A stretch of DNA of 64,000 nt from Lepidodermella squamata. Taxonomy: Eukaryota > Animalia > Gastrotricha. The position numbers and the translations under genes were made by a program. Positions 38,101 to 51,500 of the stretch are shown here, in pieces (the first letter of the stretch is position 1; each line of letters starts with the position of its first letter). Where the stretch lies: contig JBLDXI010000009.1 in NCBI GenBank assembly GCA_047495785.1, positions 3,968,001 to 4,032,000 on the forward strand. The letters run 5' to 3'. The notes beneath the pieces are model-generated. The model was not told the DNA's origin. It ran no database searches and saw only the letters and a list, made by a program, of their open reading frames with translations.

Positions 38101-39388
38101 GATGCAATTTTCCTCGGCTTGGGATTCGCTTTCAACACAATATTTTAAATCAAGAATGAAGAACTTTATTTTCGAATACTTGGTTACTCAATTCCTATAT
38201 TTTTAGGTTGGCGAACACCGCCGTGCTGAGCTGGCTAAGCTGGAAGAGGAAGCCGAGCGTCGTGCGGTTGAAGAAGCCGCCAAGAAGAAGGCTTTGGAGG
38301 AAGACCAGCGCCGCCTTAAAGCTCAACGCGACCTGGAGCGCCAGCTCAAAATCAAGAAATTGGAAGAAATCCAGAAACTGACCGGCCAACAGGGCTCGTT
38401 CAATGAGGAGCAGCTCGAGGAAGTTTCAACCGAAGACTTGATGGCGAAGCAGATCGAGCGCGCCAAGCAGTTGTTGAAGGAACGCACGAAGAAGTTGAAG
38501 CTGTACGAGAAGAAACTCGACCATTTCGTCCGCGCGAAGCGCTTAGAAGAAATCCCGCTGCTCGAAACTTCGTTCAAAGACTTCCAACAGCGCGACCCGA
38601 TCGAGTGGGAAGAGGCCCAGGCTAGGCTGATCGCCGCGAAAGAGGCCGAGGCTGAGTATGCGATCACCACGAAGCGTCGCTTGGCTCGAATTACCGAGGA
38701 CGCTGACGTGTTTTTGAATCAATTGAAGACGCAACGCGCCCCTGAATACCAGCGAGCCTACAAGGCCTGGGAGGCGCTGATGGCTGAGAAGAGGAAGGAG
38801 CGTCTGGAAGAGCGAAAATCTACCCGAAAACAACAACGCCGTCAAGAATGGCAGGCGTATAACGCGGAGATGTTGCAGAAGAAACGCGAGGCTGAGGACC
38901 GGCGTCGCGAGGAGGAGGCTGAGCTGGAGGCTAGGGCGGCTGAGAAGGCTGCCATGACCCGGCCGTCGGGAGGCAGCGGTGGCTATGTCCCGCCTGCGTT
39001 GAGGAGGATGCAAGAACAGCAACAACAGGCGCAAGCTCCCCCGCCTCAGCAGGCTCCGACCCGGGGCCCGGGAGCCGTGGGAGCAGCCGACGCTGCGGGC
39101 TCCTGGCGGTCGAAGGGTGCTCCGGAGCCAGCGGCACCCAGCCCGGTGCCGTCGGGTGGCGCCTATGTCCCTCGCCGTGTTGCTGATCAGAGGCAGCCGC
39201 AGCAAGGCCCACCCCCGCCCCAGGCCGCCGGGATTTCGGACCAGGCCGACTCGTGGCGCCGCGGGCCGCCGGGACCCCAGGTCGGGCGACCCCCGATGGC
39301 GACCAACAGCCCCTCTCAGCCACCCCGCCGTCCTCAAGGCGGCCAACCCGCTCCTCAAGCTGACCAAGTCTCGAGCTGGCGAAAGTGA
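35117..39388 (+). CDS. EIF3A: Eukaryotic translation initiation factor 3 subunit A (exons 35117-35663, 36319-36377, 36436-37593, 38207-39388)
   Basis: [43 protein letters not shown], PCI region, DHFVRAKRLEEIPL, low-complexity tail. Confidence 0.97.
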
Positions 39389-39834
39389 AAACTCACAGCT
39401 TTAAACCTATCAAAACCTTTTGCCTATAAAAAAACGCGTAGAGAATGAGAAAAAAGAAGAAGAGGCGAAGATACTTCGGCGCTAAATTTAGGAGAAAAAT
39501 AAAAATGTCACGTGGTGTTTGCGCGAGAGGCTTAAATGTGCAATCAAATGCCAATAATATCCGTCTTCCTTGATTTCTATTGATCGACGGTGACCAATAA
39601 TAATTGTGTTATTGAAATTGTGGCACATTCTCGGTTCTCGCACTTTCGTTCATTCGTTCGTTCTTTCTCTCATAAACAATATAATGTTGTGACATTCCGT
39701 CATCAGGTGAAATCATTGCTCGTGCTATGTACTATGCTATTCTTGAGTTGGAAAAAGCGCCTAGTTTTGGGGAAAAAATAAACATAATTATAACCTGGTT
39801 TATTTATATATATTTAGAGCTTTAAATCCGAAAA

Positions 39835-40768
39835 ATGCCTGCAACAGGTGCTGCCCATCGAATTTTGGTCTACGGAGGCAAAGGTGCTCTTGGCTCGACG
39901 ATTGTCTCGCATTTCGCTAAGGAAGGTTCATGTTGGATTGCTAGCATCGACTTCACAGCCAATGAAGAGGCCAATGCCAACTGCGTCCCGCCCGCCAATA
40001 CCACCCCAACCGGCACCGAGCTCATGGACCAATCCGATTGGCTGCTGAAGGACATTGCCGAGAAGCTGGGCGCAGAAAACGGCGCTGTTGCCGAGGAGAA
40101 GAAGCTCGATGCGATTTTCTGCGTTGCCGGCGGATGGGCTGGTGGCAATTCGGCGAGCAAGGATTTTATCAAGAATGTTGATTTGACCACTCGTCAATCG
40201 ATTTGGACATCGGTCCTAGCGGCTGAAATTGCGGCTAAATACCTGAAAACTGGCGGTATTTTGGTTCTTACCGGCGCTCAGGCGGCTCTAAACCCGACGC
40301 CGAGTAATTTTTGATTTTTCAAATTTTTTCACGAATTTTTTAAACTTTACATTTTTTTAGACATGATTGGATACGGCATGGCTAAAGCTGCCGTTCATCA
40401 TTTGACGAAATCGCTTGCTGCCGAAAAATCCGGCCTCCCTAGCAATGCGACTGTTGTTTCGATCTTGCCGTGAGTTTGCTTTTGATTCTTCGGTAATAAC
40501 TAATTATTTCGATTTTTCTCATTTTAGGGTTACTTTGGATACACCAATGAACCGTAAATGGATGCCCAAGGCTGACACCTCAACTTGGACGCCTCTTGAA
40601 TTCGTTGCCGAGTAATTTTTATTTTTTTCTCGATTATATTTTGGAATAATTTTTTGAATTTCCAGCTTATTTGCTGGTTGGCTGAAAAATGGTGCTAATC
40701 GCCCGGCGAGCGGCAGCCTGATGCAGCTGTTAACGAAAGACGGCAAAACCGAAGTTACTGCCGCCTAA
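39835..40768 (+). CDS. QDPR: Dihydropteridine reductase (exons 39835-40303, 40361-40469, 40528-40611, 40666-40768)
   Basis: [33 protein letters not shown] (YxxxK), [25 protein letters not shown]. Confidence 0.97.
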
Positions 40769-41472
40769 ATTCTGGCTAGCGAAAATACGAAATTAATTAT
40801 TTACGCACAAGACTATTCCATTCCATTGCCAATATTATTGCCAAAGTGATTCGAAATATTATGCGATTCTTATTATTTTTTTGATTATATGATGCGATAT
40901 ACTATTTAACATGGTGCCGGTGATGGAAGCCCTTTTGGGTCGTTAGCACTTCAAAAGTAGATTCAGTTCTTTCTCGAAGTAGAACGTGGTAGTCTTGAGA
41001 ATAAAAAAGTAGTGATAGTTCTTTCAAATAATTATACACGAGTATTTTCGCATGATTTATTCCTAATTTTTACTCATTTTTCGTCTTTTGATAAACGATC
41101 AATACTTTTATTCACCAGCGGTCTCCATGACGAATGCACTTGCAATTTTGATTTCCGCAATTATTCTTCCATGTTAATATTTTGGACACTGGTTAATAAA
41201 TCAAATTATTTAATGGCTAACTTCACGGAGTTTGACTCGTTTTTATTGGTTGTTGAAGAGACGGTTTTTGTTGTTTATATTATGTCCTTTTATTGCACTG
41301 ACATCGCGCAGAATAATTCTTAAAAATGCAGTGTTGCAGTAAGTATTTTCAGAAACGGGCAGTTTACAGCGCCATTGACGCTTGATTCTCGGCTAGTAAC
41401 GACTGCTACTGGTTTTTATTATACAAGTTACCGAAGTTTTTAAATTGGCTAAATGTCAAGTATGCGGCCGAT

Positions 41473-44400
41473 TTATTGCTCACAGACGAGGATCTCCGCG
41501 CTCCACTTGCCATCAGCGCCACAGGTGGCCTGGGTGGCCATGCCGGCGCGCGGGCGGCGACCAGCGTTGCAGTAGAACTTGACGGTCGAGCCGACAAAGG
41601 TGTTCGGGGCAACAGCGTAGCCTCCATCAATGGACGGGATATCTGTTGCAAAAAATTAAAATTTAAGGAGGGATTTTGAATAAAATTGAATTGTCTTACC
41701 GGGGCAGGTGAGGAGCTTGTTGCACGGGCGAACCTGGCCAGACCATTGACCGTTCGATTGGCAGGTAAGCTTGTACGAGGTGGCGCCGCTCTGGAGAGAC
41801 CAGCCCTTGTTGCAGGTGACGGTAGCTTCAGAACCGAAAGCAGCAGAGCCACCCTTGGCGAAGTTGGTGTTGACGATGGGGTCAGCCTGGCAGCCCTGGA
41901 GGGTGGTGTTATGGCCGAAGTCGATGTGGGCGCAGATGCCGCCGTTGAACGAGATGGGGTGGATGCGGAGCCAGCGGGCGACGATGTTCTGGCCGAAGAG
42001 GGTGCACACCTTGGTGAGGATGGCATCGCTGTTTCCGGTGAACGACTTGAGGGCACCGTTGGTTTCGCGGATCTCCTTCCAGGTGACGCCGTCCGTCGAG
42101 TAGGAGATGCCGAACGAGGTGACCCAGTGGTCGGTTTTGCGGCAGCCAGAGATGGCATAGTAGCCGACGGCGAAGTTGCCTCCGAGGTCAACCTGGAGCC
42201 ATGGGTTGCTGTCGCAGGCAGCTGGGCGCCAGCCGTTGGAGATGCTAGCGGTGTGGTCACCGGCCTGAGCACCCCAGCGGTCGCCGGACTTGGCAGTGAC
42301 GGCGCTGCAGGAACCAGCAGCGGAGCAGGTCTGTTCAGCAGCAGAGCAGGAACCGCCTTGAACGCTGGAGGCCTGGAAGTTAGAACCAGACAGAGCGCCG
42401 TTGGTCTGTTCGCGAGCGTTGAGGCAGACGTACTGGACGTGGGCGTAGAGCGAGCAGGTAGAGCACTTGTTCTTCGGCATATCTAGGCCAAGGGTGATGT
42501 AGTTGACCGGGGCAACGCAGCGTTGCTGGCCGTTGCAAGCAGTACGGGTGGGTCCAGAGATATCTTGGAATCCGCACTCGGCTTCGGCGTTGGAGCAGTC
42601 GTCGAGGATGTTCTCACCGTCGCAAGTCTTCTCACCAGCACGGCCAAGGCGACCGATGTGGGATGAGATGATCTGAATGTTTCCAGCATCGCAGTTCAGG
42701 TTGAGGGTACCGCCATAGCAGGCCTGAGCAACCTTGACATCGGGGCAACGATCACCAGGGATGGGTTTGCGGTCGTAGCAATCCTCGTCGACTTGACCAT
42801 CGAAGTCGTTATCAATACCATCGAAAAGCTCCTCATCGATGACACCGTCGCAGTCGTTGTCCTTACCGTCAGCAATAAACATAGTAGTCTTGACGCACTC
42901 GCCGAGAGCCTTGATGCAGGCACCAGTCGGGTAGGCGATGGATTCACGGTCACCAGAGCCGAAGATGTAGGCCTCGAAGGTGGTTCCCTTGACGCGGTGG
43001 TCAATACGGAACTGCTGCTTGCTCGAGTCAAGAGTGACAACGCCACCAATGAAGTCGGTGGTGCCGGGGATATCCTTCCACTGGACACCGGTGACGGGCT
43101 GTTCGTCGAGGATGAAACCAGCGCGGGCAGCCTTGTTGGTGATGATGGTCAGGTAGTTGGTGTAGGGCGAAGAGACACCGGTCGGGGTGACGAAGGTGTA
43201 GCCGAAACCGAACTGGTCGCTGGGAATGCAGACAGTCATGGAGGGATCGCCGGGGATCGAGTTGTCGACAGCAGAGCTGGCATACTGAACAGCCTGGAAG
43301 GGCTTGCCCTTCTGAGACGAGAAGCGCATCCATTCACTGACGGAGGCAGCGGGGAAACGGACGGATTCGCGGGCGCCAAGGTTGTACTTGAACTGACCAC
43401 GCTCGTTCGAGTCGATAGTGATGACTGTACCATCAGCAGCGGCGGTGACGACCCAGTAGTCGACGAGGCCGGCGACGCGGTTGGGAGTGGGCCAGGCGAT
43501 GCAGTCAGTACCCCAGGTATCGGTGGAGAAAAGCTGTTCGACCTGGTGATCGCGAGATGGCGAGTTACCGACGTTGACACGGGAGTTGCCGGACCAGACG
43601 GCGATGGGCTTGTCGGAGCTGATGACGGCACCAGTGAGATCGCATTCGTCCTGGATCTGGGCGACTTCGAATTCGCGGAGCTTAATGGTCAAAGTATCAC
43701 CATTTGAGAAGGTCTGTCCATTGTAGGGAAGAGCGCACTTCTTGCCGGCCGGAGGAGGAGCAGCCCAGTTGCCGTCATTCTTAGCCGAGGTCTTAGGAAG
43801 AGTGATCTTGATCGTAGTTTCGCCGTCATCAGCTGGGGTGATGGCGAACTCGCAGTTGTAGAATGGGGGCCAGTAGCAGTTGGCGACGTACTCAAGACCA
43901 AGAGCACGGCTGGGAATACCAAGGTAGGCATCAGCAGTGAAGAATTCCTTGTTGACACCATAGAACACGAAGTCATCATCAGAAGAAAGCTTGAGGGCCT
44001 TCTTCTCAACCGAAACACCAAAGTCAAGATCTTGGACCTAAACGAAATTTCTACTGAGATACGTCACAAATTATGCACGGAAACAGACCTTCCATGTGAA
44101 AGGAATGGTGCGGCGAACGGCCTGTTTATACGGAACCTTGAAGACCTGCTTTTCAGCAGTGTTACCATCAGGAGCAGGGTCAGACTCCAGAGTGACAGTT
44201 GAGCCCTGGAGATTGCGATCTTGGGTGACCCAGACCTCAAGAGACATGTTCTTGGGCTGAGCGACACGGTTGGCCATGAAAGCCAGGTAGAACTCGTTGC
44301 CGACAGTTGAGGTCGAGCAAGCGATCTCTCCCTTAAGGTAGAAATTCTTGTTCGGCTCAGTCTTTGCGACGGGGACAGTATCAGCGCATTCCTGACGGAA

Positions 44401-44714
44401 GAGCTGGCACTCGTTTTGATCTGTGACGAAGTTGTAGCCCCTGCAATTGGTGTTATCTGCGCACTTCTGACTGCACGATTTCAAGGTGCCGTCGCGAGCA
44501 CGGTAGGTAGCGCCTTCGATCAGCTGTCCGGTTTGAGTATCGCAGATACCACTGATTGTGGAAAATCCTCGGACGGCTGTTTTGAGAAAAACCAAAACAT
44601 TTACTTCAAATAACGTAGGCAACTCTTTCACTCACATGGACGGGGGATGTTTTCCGGAGTCAGCGCACAAAATGCCGCTGGAACCAGGGCCAAGAGAACG
44701 GCTACGCTATGCAT
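41473..44714 (-). CDS. Secreted PAN-IgGFcBP-acidic motif-SUEL lectin-F5/8C-2xSushi protein, paralogue A (4 exons)
   Basis: Signal peptide MHSVAVLLALVPAAFC; PAN (CSQKC…CRGYNF…CQLF); GNEFYLAF/TADAYLGIP/SDKPIAVWSGN/DHQVEQL/GDPSMT (IgGFc-binding N-term); DGKDNDCDGVIDEE; lectin CYGGTLNLNC..SSHIGR; WLQVDLG..SFGISYS..ARWLRIHP; two CCP repeats. Confidence 0.88.
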
Positions 44715-45051
44715 ACTCCGTTCTTTTAATAAAACTATGCGAAAAAAGGAAACCGGGATATCAATAAAGAATCAGGGTGAAAATCAGGAACCAGGAAATC
44801 GACGGGTGAAAGACATGAAGAGTCGATTATGATTGATTAGATCGTGCAAATAAAAACTCAGGTTATTATAGCCTTGCAATTTTGAAATCCGTGGTTTTGT
44901 GTTGATTGTTATCATTCATTAGATCGTTAGAAATTTTATTCCGTTGTTAGAAATGTCATGCTCAATGCAAAAGTTTGGAAAAGTGTTACAGAGTGAAAAC
45001 AGACTGTTTGTCAAGTGCAAAGTTAGTGGTTAGTGCATGGAAAATGTGAAA

Positions 45052-48000
45052 TCAGAGCAATTCACAAGTAGGAGCAAGATCACTCCACGACCCGTCTTCC
45101 ATGCATGTGATAGAAGTGACGCCACGCAGCCGGCGTCCGTTGAGACAGCCAAACTTGACAATGGACCCAACAAGATTGCCGGGACCAACTGAGAAGCCAC
45201 CTTCGACCGGTGGAATATCTGCAAAGAGATAGCTGGAATAAGAAGCCCGATGAAATTTATGGAGGACTAACCTTTGCAAGAAATGAATTTATCGCATTGG
45301 CTGAAGGAACCTAGCCACATACCATCTTTACCGCACTTGACTTTGTAGGCGACTAGCCCGTTAGCAGTTGACCAGCCTGGGTTGCATTGAACAGTCTCAA
45401 CTTGGTCGTAGGCAGCATCGATTCCACCAGATGCGTTGCTATTACTTATGCCTTGATATGAGCAGCCCAACGGTGACGGGGAATGGCCGAAATCAACGCG
45501 TGCGCACGGTGCTCCAACCCAAGATATCGGATGAATCCTCAAGAATCGAGCGACAATGTTGTGATCGAAGAGCGTACAGAATTGACTTTTCGCAGAGTCT
45601 GAATTACCGCTGAACAGCACCCAAAAGCCACCTGAGTTGCGAATTTCGCTGAATGACCTTCCATCGGAAGAATACGATATTCCGAACAGTGAGATCCAAT
45701 TGCTGCTCCTTCGACAGCCAGAGATCGCGTAGGATCCAACGGTGTAAACCGCTCCAAGATCAACCTGAAGCCAAGGCTTCTTGTCCCAACCACTCGGTCG
45801 CCAACCAAAATCCGAGTTCGCAAAGTTCGACCAGCTAGCAGCGTTACTTCCAAGGTTTGCCGAGCAGACCGATAACGAGCAGATTTGATCGGCAGTCCAC
45901 GATCCTCCGGTTAGCGAACTTGATGACTTGTAGTTTCTACCAGAGAAAATGCCACTTCTGGCCTCGATTTCGCCGAGACAGACGTACTGGACGTTCGCGT
46001 ATAAAGCACACGCGGGACAAGCCGATTTCGGAAGAAGCTCAAGGTCTGAGTATGTGACTGAGGCCACACAACGCTGCTGGCCGTCGCAGTTCCGACGGAT
46101 TGAGGGCGAAACGTCAAAAAATCCGCAATCGACATCAGCCGAACCGCATTCATCCACGGCATTTTCTCCACTGCATGCAGTTTCTCCGTGGCGACCGAGG
46201 CGTCCGAAGTTGGCAGAAATTATTGAGATGGTCGAACCAGAGCCGCAATTCAGCTTCAAAGTCGAGCCGTAGCATCCTTCGACTGCTTTGACGAGAGGGC
46301 AGCGATCGTCAACTTTTGACTTGATGGGTATTGGTGTGTCGACTGGCTTCTCATACCTTGCAAAGCAGTCCTCATCGATTTTTCCGTCGAAGTCATTATC
46401 ATTTCCATCGCCGCATATTTCTTCATCATAGATGCCGTCGCAATCATTATCTTCTCCATCAGCGATGAACATTTTGCCCGGTTCACAATCGCCGAGTGTT
46501 TTCAAGCAAGCGCCAGTTGGGTAGCCGATAGATTCGCGGTCCCCTGCTCCGTAGACGTACGCCTCGAAAGTTGTTCCTTTGGTTTGATGTTCGATCCTGA
46601 ACTGCTGCTTCGATGATTCCAGAATCACGAAACCACCAACCATATTTTCCTTCCCTGGGATGTCGATCCATGCTGGAAATATTGGTTTGTTGTTCAACAG
46701 GAAACCGCTCCGAGCAGATTTTGAGGTGATGATAGTTAGGTAGCTCTTGTAGACGCTAGACACTCCAGTTGGCGCAGCGAATGTATAACCATACCCAAAT
46801 TGATCCGTAGGGATGCAAACAGTCATCGAGGGATCACCAGGAATTTTGCTGTCGACTGCAGAACTGGAGTATTGAATAGCTTGAAATGGCTTGCCTTTCG
46901 TAGAGGAGAAGCGCATCCATTCGTTAACCGATTTCGCAGGGAACCGAACTGACTCTCGAGCATTCAACAAAACTTTGACCTGAGCCCGCTCATTGGAATC
47001 GATGGTAATTTCTGTGCGATCCTTATCAGCCGTAATCGTCCAGTAGTCGACTAGACCTTGAACCTGATTCGGCGTTGGCCAGGCGATGCAATCCGTTCCC
47101 CAGGTTTCAATCGGGAAGAGCTGCTCCACCAAATGGTCCCTGGAAACTGAATTACCGACATTGACGCGAGAATTGCCAGACCACACAGCGACTTGGTTAT
47201 TCGCAGAAATCACGGAGCCAGTCAAGTCACATGGTTCCTGGATTTGAGCAACTTCGAACTTGTTTAAAGTGACCGTGAAAGTTTCGCCATTTGTGTAATT
47301 TCGACCGTTCCAGGTGATGTTACACTTCATTAGCCCGATAGGCGGCCTCGCCCAGTCACCAGTGTTCTTTGTGGGAGATCTGGGTAGGGTGATATTGACT
47401 TCAGTTGTATCTTCAACGGCCGCGACAGCGAATTCGCAATTGTAGTTGGGTGGCCAGAAGCAGTTAGCAACGTAGATTTGGCCCAGGGATCGGCTTGGAA
47501 TTCCCAGAAAAGCGTCGGCCGTGAAGTATTCCTTGTTGACCGCGTAGAACACAAAATCCGAGGTTGAAGACAGCTTCAGCGCCTTCTTCTCAATCGTAAC
47601 ACCAACATCTCGATCGGTTATCTTGTAAATCAGGTGGAATTATTTTTCAAATTTTCAAAATATTGGATTGACTTACTTTCCAAGTAGATGGCACAAGAAG
47701 TTTAACGGCCTCCTTATAGCCAACCTTGAATTCTTGGTACTGCTTTACATTTCCAGTTGGATTCGGGTCAGATTCGAGGATGACGGTTATTGGATCGTTG
47801 CTGGTATCTTGCGTCACCCAAATTTCGAGAGACATGTTCTGGGCTTGCTGAACTCGATTCGACATGAATGCCAGATAGAACTCGGTTCCAACCGTTGAAA
47901 CGCCACAATCAATCTCGCCCTTGACATAGAAGTTTTCCTTCATATTGTTGCGACCTGGTTGAATTGATTCGGAACACTCCTTCTTGAATAGCTGGCATTC

Positions 48001-48297
48001 GTTGAGATCAGCGTTGAAATTGAAGCCAGTACAGAGCGGCTTCGAATCGCAGTTCCTTGCGCATTCCTTTAGCGTGCCATCTCGACCACGATAAACAGCA
48101 CCATCGATGGTTCCTTTTGATGCATCGCAAATGCCGGCGACAGCCGAGTATCCATCAATACCTGAATATACAAAATCTTTAGACTTCAGTTTATAATTCT
48201 TGAAAATAAATGTCTCACCTGGCCTGGGGTCCTTTGTCGCCTTGAGCTGACAGCAAACGATGGGCAGAGCAGCCAGAACAACGACGGCGAAAAGCAT
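45052..48297 (-). CDS. Same family, paralogue B (4 exons)
   Basis: Signal peptide MLFAVVVLAALPIVCC; ORFs 48297-47647, 47552-45267 and 45279-45052 carry the same domain order and intron positions. Confidence 0.88.
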
Positions 48298-48534
48298 TGT
48301 TAGTGATTTGTTATAAAATTGACTAGAACTAAGGGAAGCAAATGTTTGTTAGAAATGTTTTAGGGTTTTTATTACAAGATTTGAGCGACTCTAATTGATT
48401 TAGGGCACAATCCAGCTGCGCTGTTAAGAATTGAGCAACGCGATCCTCATAGGACCTCAAAAGTTTTGCTTCAGGCGAGTAAGCGTTATCGAAAGATAAA
48501 TAAGCATAGCACTCTAGGATGGAAGCTGAAGTTC

Positions 48535-51500
48535 TTAGAGAGATTCGCATGTGGGCACACGACTGCTCCAAGAGCCATCGTTTTGGCAAATTATGGAGTT
48601 AGCGCCATTCAATCGTCTGCCAGTAAGGCAGCCGAATTTGAGAGCGCTTCCGACAAGATTGCCACCCCCAACGAAGTACCCTCCATTTACGGCAGGGATA
48701 TCTAGGGTATTAAACTTGAAAATCTGAAAGTTTCATGGTGGTAAGGCATTACCTGGGCAAGCGAGGAACCTGTTGCACTGACTGAACGGACCCTGCCATT
48801 GACCATCAGTCCCGCATCTGACTCTGTAGCTAATAGAACCAGACCTGGTTGACCAGCCAGAATTGCATTGAACCGTGACTTCTTGATTGTAACCAGCCGC
48901 AACGCTGACTGCAGCGTTACTGTTGACAACAACCGGCGAATTGCAGCCCTGAGCAACTCGATCGTGACCGAAATCGACGTGAGCGCAAGGGGCCCCTGAC
49001 CATTTGATAGGATGGATCCTGACGTACCTCGCGACGATGTTTTGACCAAACAGCGTGCATAGCTTGGTAACAACAGCGTCTGAGTTGCCGGAGAAAGCGG
49101 TCAGCATACCATCTGGGTTACGAATCTCCTTAAAATTCACTCCATCAACAGAGTACGAAATGCCGAAGGAGGTTATCCAATGGTCGCTCTTCCGGCAGCC
49201 AGCAATTGCGTACGAGCCGACGTTGTAGACACCACCGAGATCAACCTGAAGCCATGGATTTCTATCGCAAGAACTAGGGCGCCAACCCAAGGCCGAACTT
49301 TCAGTTAGCGCTGCACTCGGTGCGCCATTGTTATCGATGCTGGTCGCGACGGCAGTTGAGCAACCCGAGGCGGAGCAAGTGTCTGCAGCACAAGAGCCGC
49401 CATTCAGGGAGGTGGATGATTTGTAATCCCGGCCAGAGAAAATTCCATTTGCGAATTCGCGATCGAGCAAACAGGCATACTGAACATGGAGGTACAGGCC
49501 GCAAGCCGAGCAGGCAGACTTGGGTGTTAGTTCAAGGTCTACATACGTAGCTGCGGTCGAACAACGAGTTTGGCCCTGGCAAGCTTTTCTGGTTGAAGCT
49601 GAGAGATCGACGAAGCCGCAATCAGCATCAGACCCTCCACACGCGTCGACATTGTTTTCGGCTCCACAGGTCAGCTCGCTGCCTCGGCCTAGACGCCCGA
49701 AATGAGAGGAAATGATTGAGATCGACGTTCCTCTGTCGCAGCTCAATTCGACAGTCGAGCCGTAGCAACCCTGAGCAATTTTCACCACAGGGCAGCGATC
49801 AAGGACCGGCGGAGGTCTAGTCGTAGTTGTCGTCGTGGTTGTAGTTGTTGTCGTAGTAGTCGTTGTTGTTGGCGGAGCCTCTTCGTAGCAATCTTCGTCG
49901 ACCAGACCGTCGAAATCGTTATCGATGTTGTCACCGCAGTATTCTTCATCGGTCACACCATCACAATCGTTATCTTTCTCGTCGCCAACTACAACTTGTC
50001 TCTCCGGAACGCATCTCGCAAGGTTCTTAATACAGGCTCCAGTTGGGTAGGCGTATGACTCGCGATTTCCGGCGCCGTAGATGTAGGCCTCGAAATTTGT
50101 CCCGCGCACTTGATGCTCGATTCTGAACTGTTGCTTGCCGCTGTCAAGAGTGATGAAGCCGCCGACCATTGACGTAGAGCCAGGGATGTCTTGCCAGCTG
50201 ATTCCCGTAACAGGTAGGTCATTCAAAATGAACCCATTTCGAGCCGCTCGATTAGCAATGATTGTCAAATAGTTAGTGTAGGTACTAGCGACACCAGTCG
50301 GCGTGACAAAGGTGTAACCGAAGCCAAACTGGTCACTAGGAATACAGACAGTCATCGAAGGATCACCAGGGAACTTCTCGTCAATAGCTGAGTGCGTGTA
50401 TTGAATTGCCTGGAACGGCTTGCCACTCGCAGATGAAAAACGCAGCCATTCCTTGATTGAATTCGACGGGAAACGGACTGACTCGTATCTGTTTAGATTG
50501 TAGGTGACAGTCGCAACCTCACTAGACTCGACTGTGACGACAGTTCCATCTTGAGAAGCGGTGATAGCCCAATAGTTGAACAAATTGTCCTGCTGGCGGT
50601 TCGGTGTCGGCCAGGCAATGCAATCAGTACCCCAGTTGGCGACGGTGAAAAGTTGTTCGACCAAATGATCACGAGAATAGGAATTACCGACGTTGACGCG
50701 AGAGTTGCCAGACCAAACTGCAATGTTGTCATCAGCTTCAATCAGCGCGCCAGTCAAATCGCATTTCTCCTGAATCTGAGCGACTTCAAATCGGTTGAGC
50801 GTTAGACGTAACTTATCGCCGTTTCTGTAGGTCCTGCCGTTGTAGTTCAGGTTACAGTCAGCGATACCGGGCAGATGCAGAGGTAGCGGCGCCGGCCATC
50901 TTCCGGCATTCTGCGCGGGTTTAGCGGGCAACGTGATTGTAACATTAACATTGCGGCCGAGGGTACCAATTGCAAACTCGCAGTTGTAGTTCGGAGGCCA
51001 GAAGCAGGAGGCAACATAGGTTTTACCTAAGGATTCCGTTGGAATGCTTGTGAAGGCATCAGTGGTGTAATACTCCTTGTTAACGCCGTACAAAACGAAT
51101 GGCTGGTCGGCAGAGGCGCGAAGCAGTTTCTTCTCAACGGTCACACCAATATCCTTGTCTGACATCTGTTTAAATAACAAGTAATGAGTGAAAGGAAGTA
51201 GTCTATCAAGAAATTGCATACCTTCCACGTGAAAGGGACCTCTCGCATAACAGCCTCTTTCTGAGCAACTGGAAATCTCTGGAAGACCCTGGAATTTCCG
51301 GTTGGATTGTCATCGGATTCGATAGTGACTTGAACTGGTAGCCTGCTGCGCTCCTGCGTTACCCAAATTTCTAACGACTTGTTAACCGGCCGCTCGACTC
51401 GATTCGACATGAAAGCGACCAGGAAGGACTTGCCAACAGTTGACGATTGGCACTCGATTTCGCCTCGCAGGTAGAAATTCTGATCCGGTTGACCTTGAGC

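Noticed and set aside
38543-39367. 274-aa antisense ORF over the eIF3a 3' end
   Set aside because: GC-rich antisense shadow of the low-complexity tail.
41406-43707. Long alternative-frame and antisense ORFs over paralogue A (and likewise D, 53329-55926)
   Set aside because: Shadow ORFs produced by strong codon bias; low-complexity S/P/T or V/G/D translations with no motifs.
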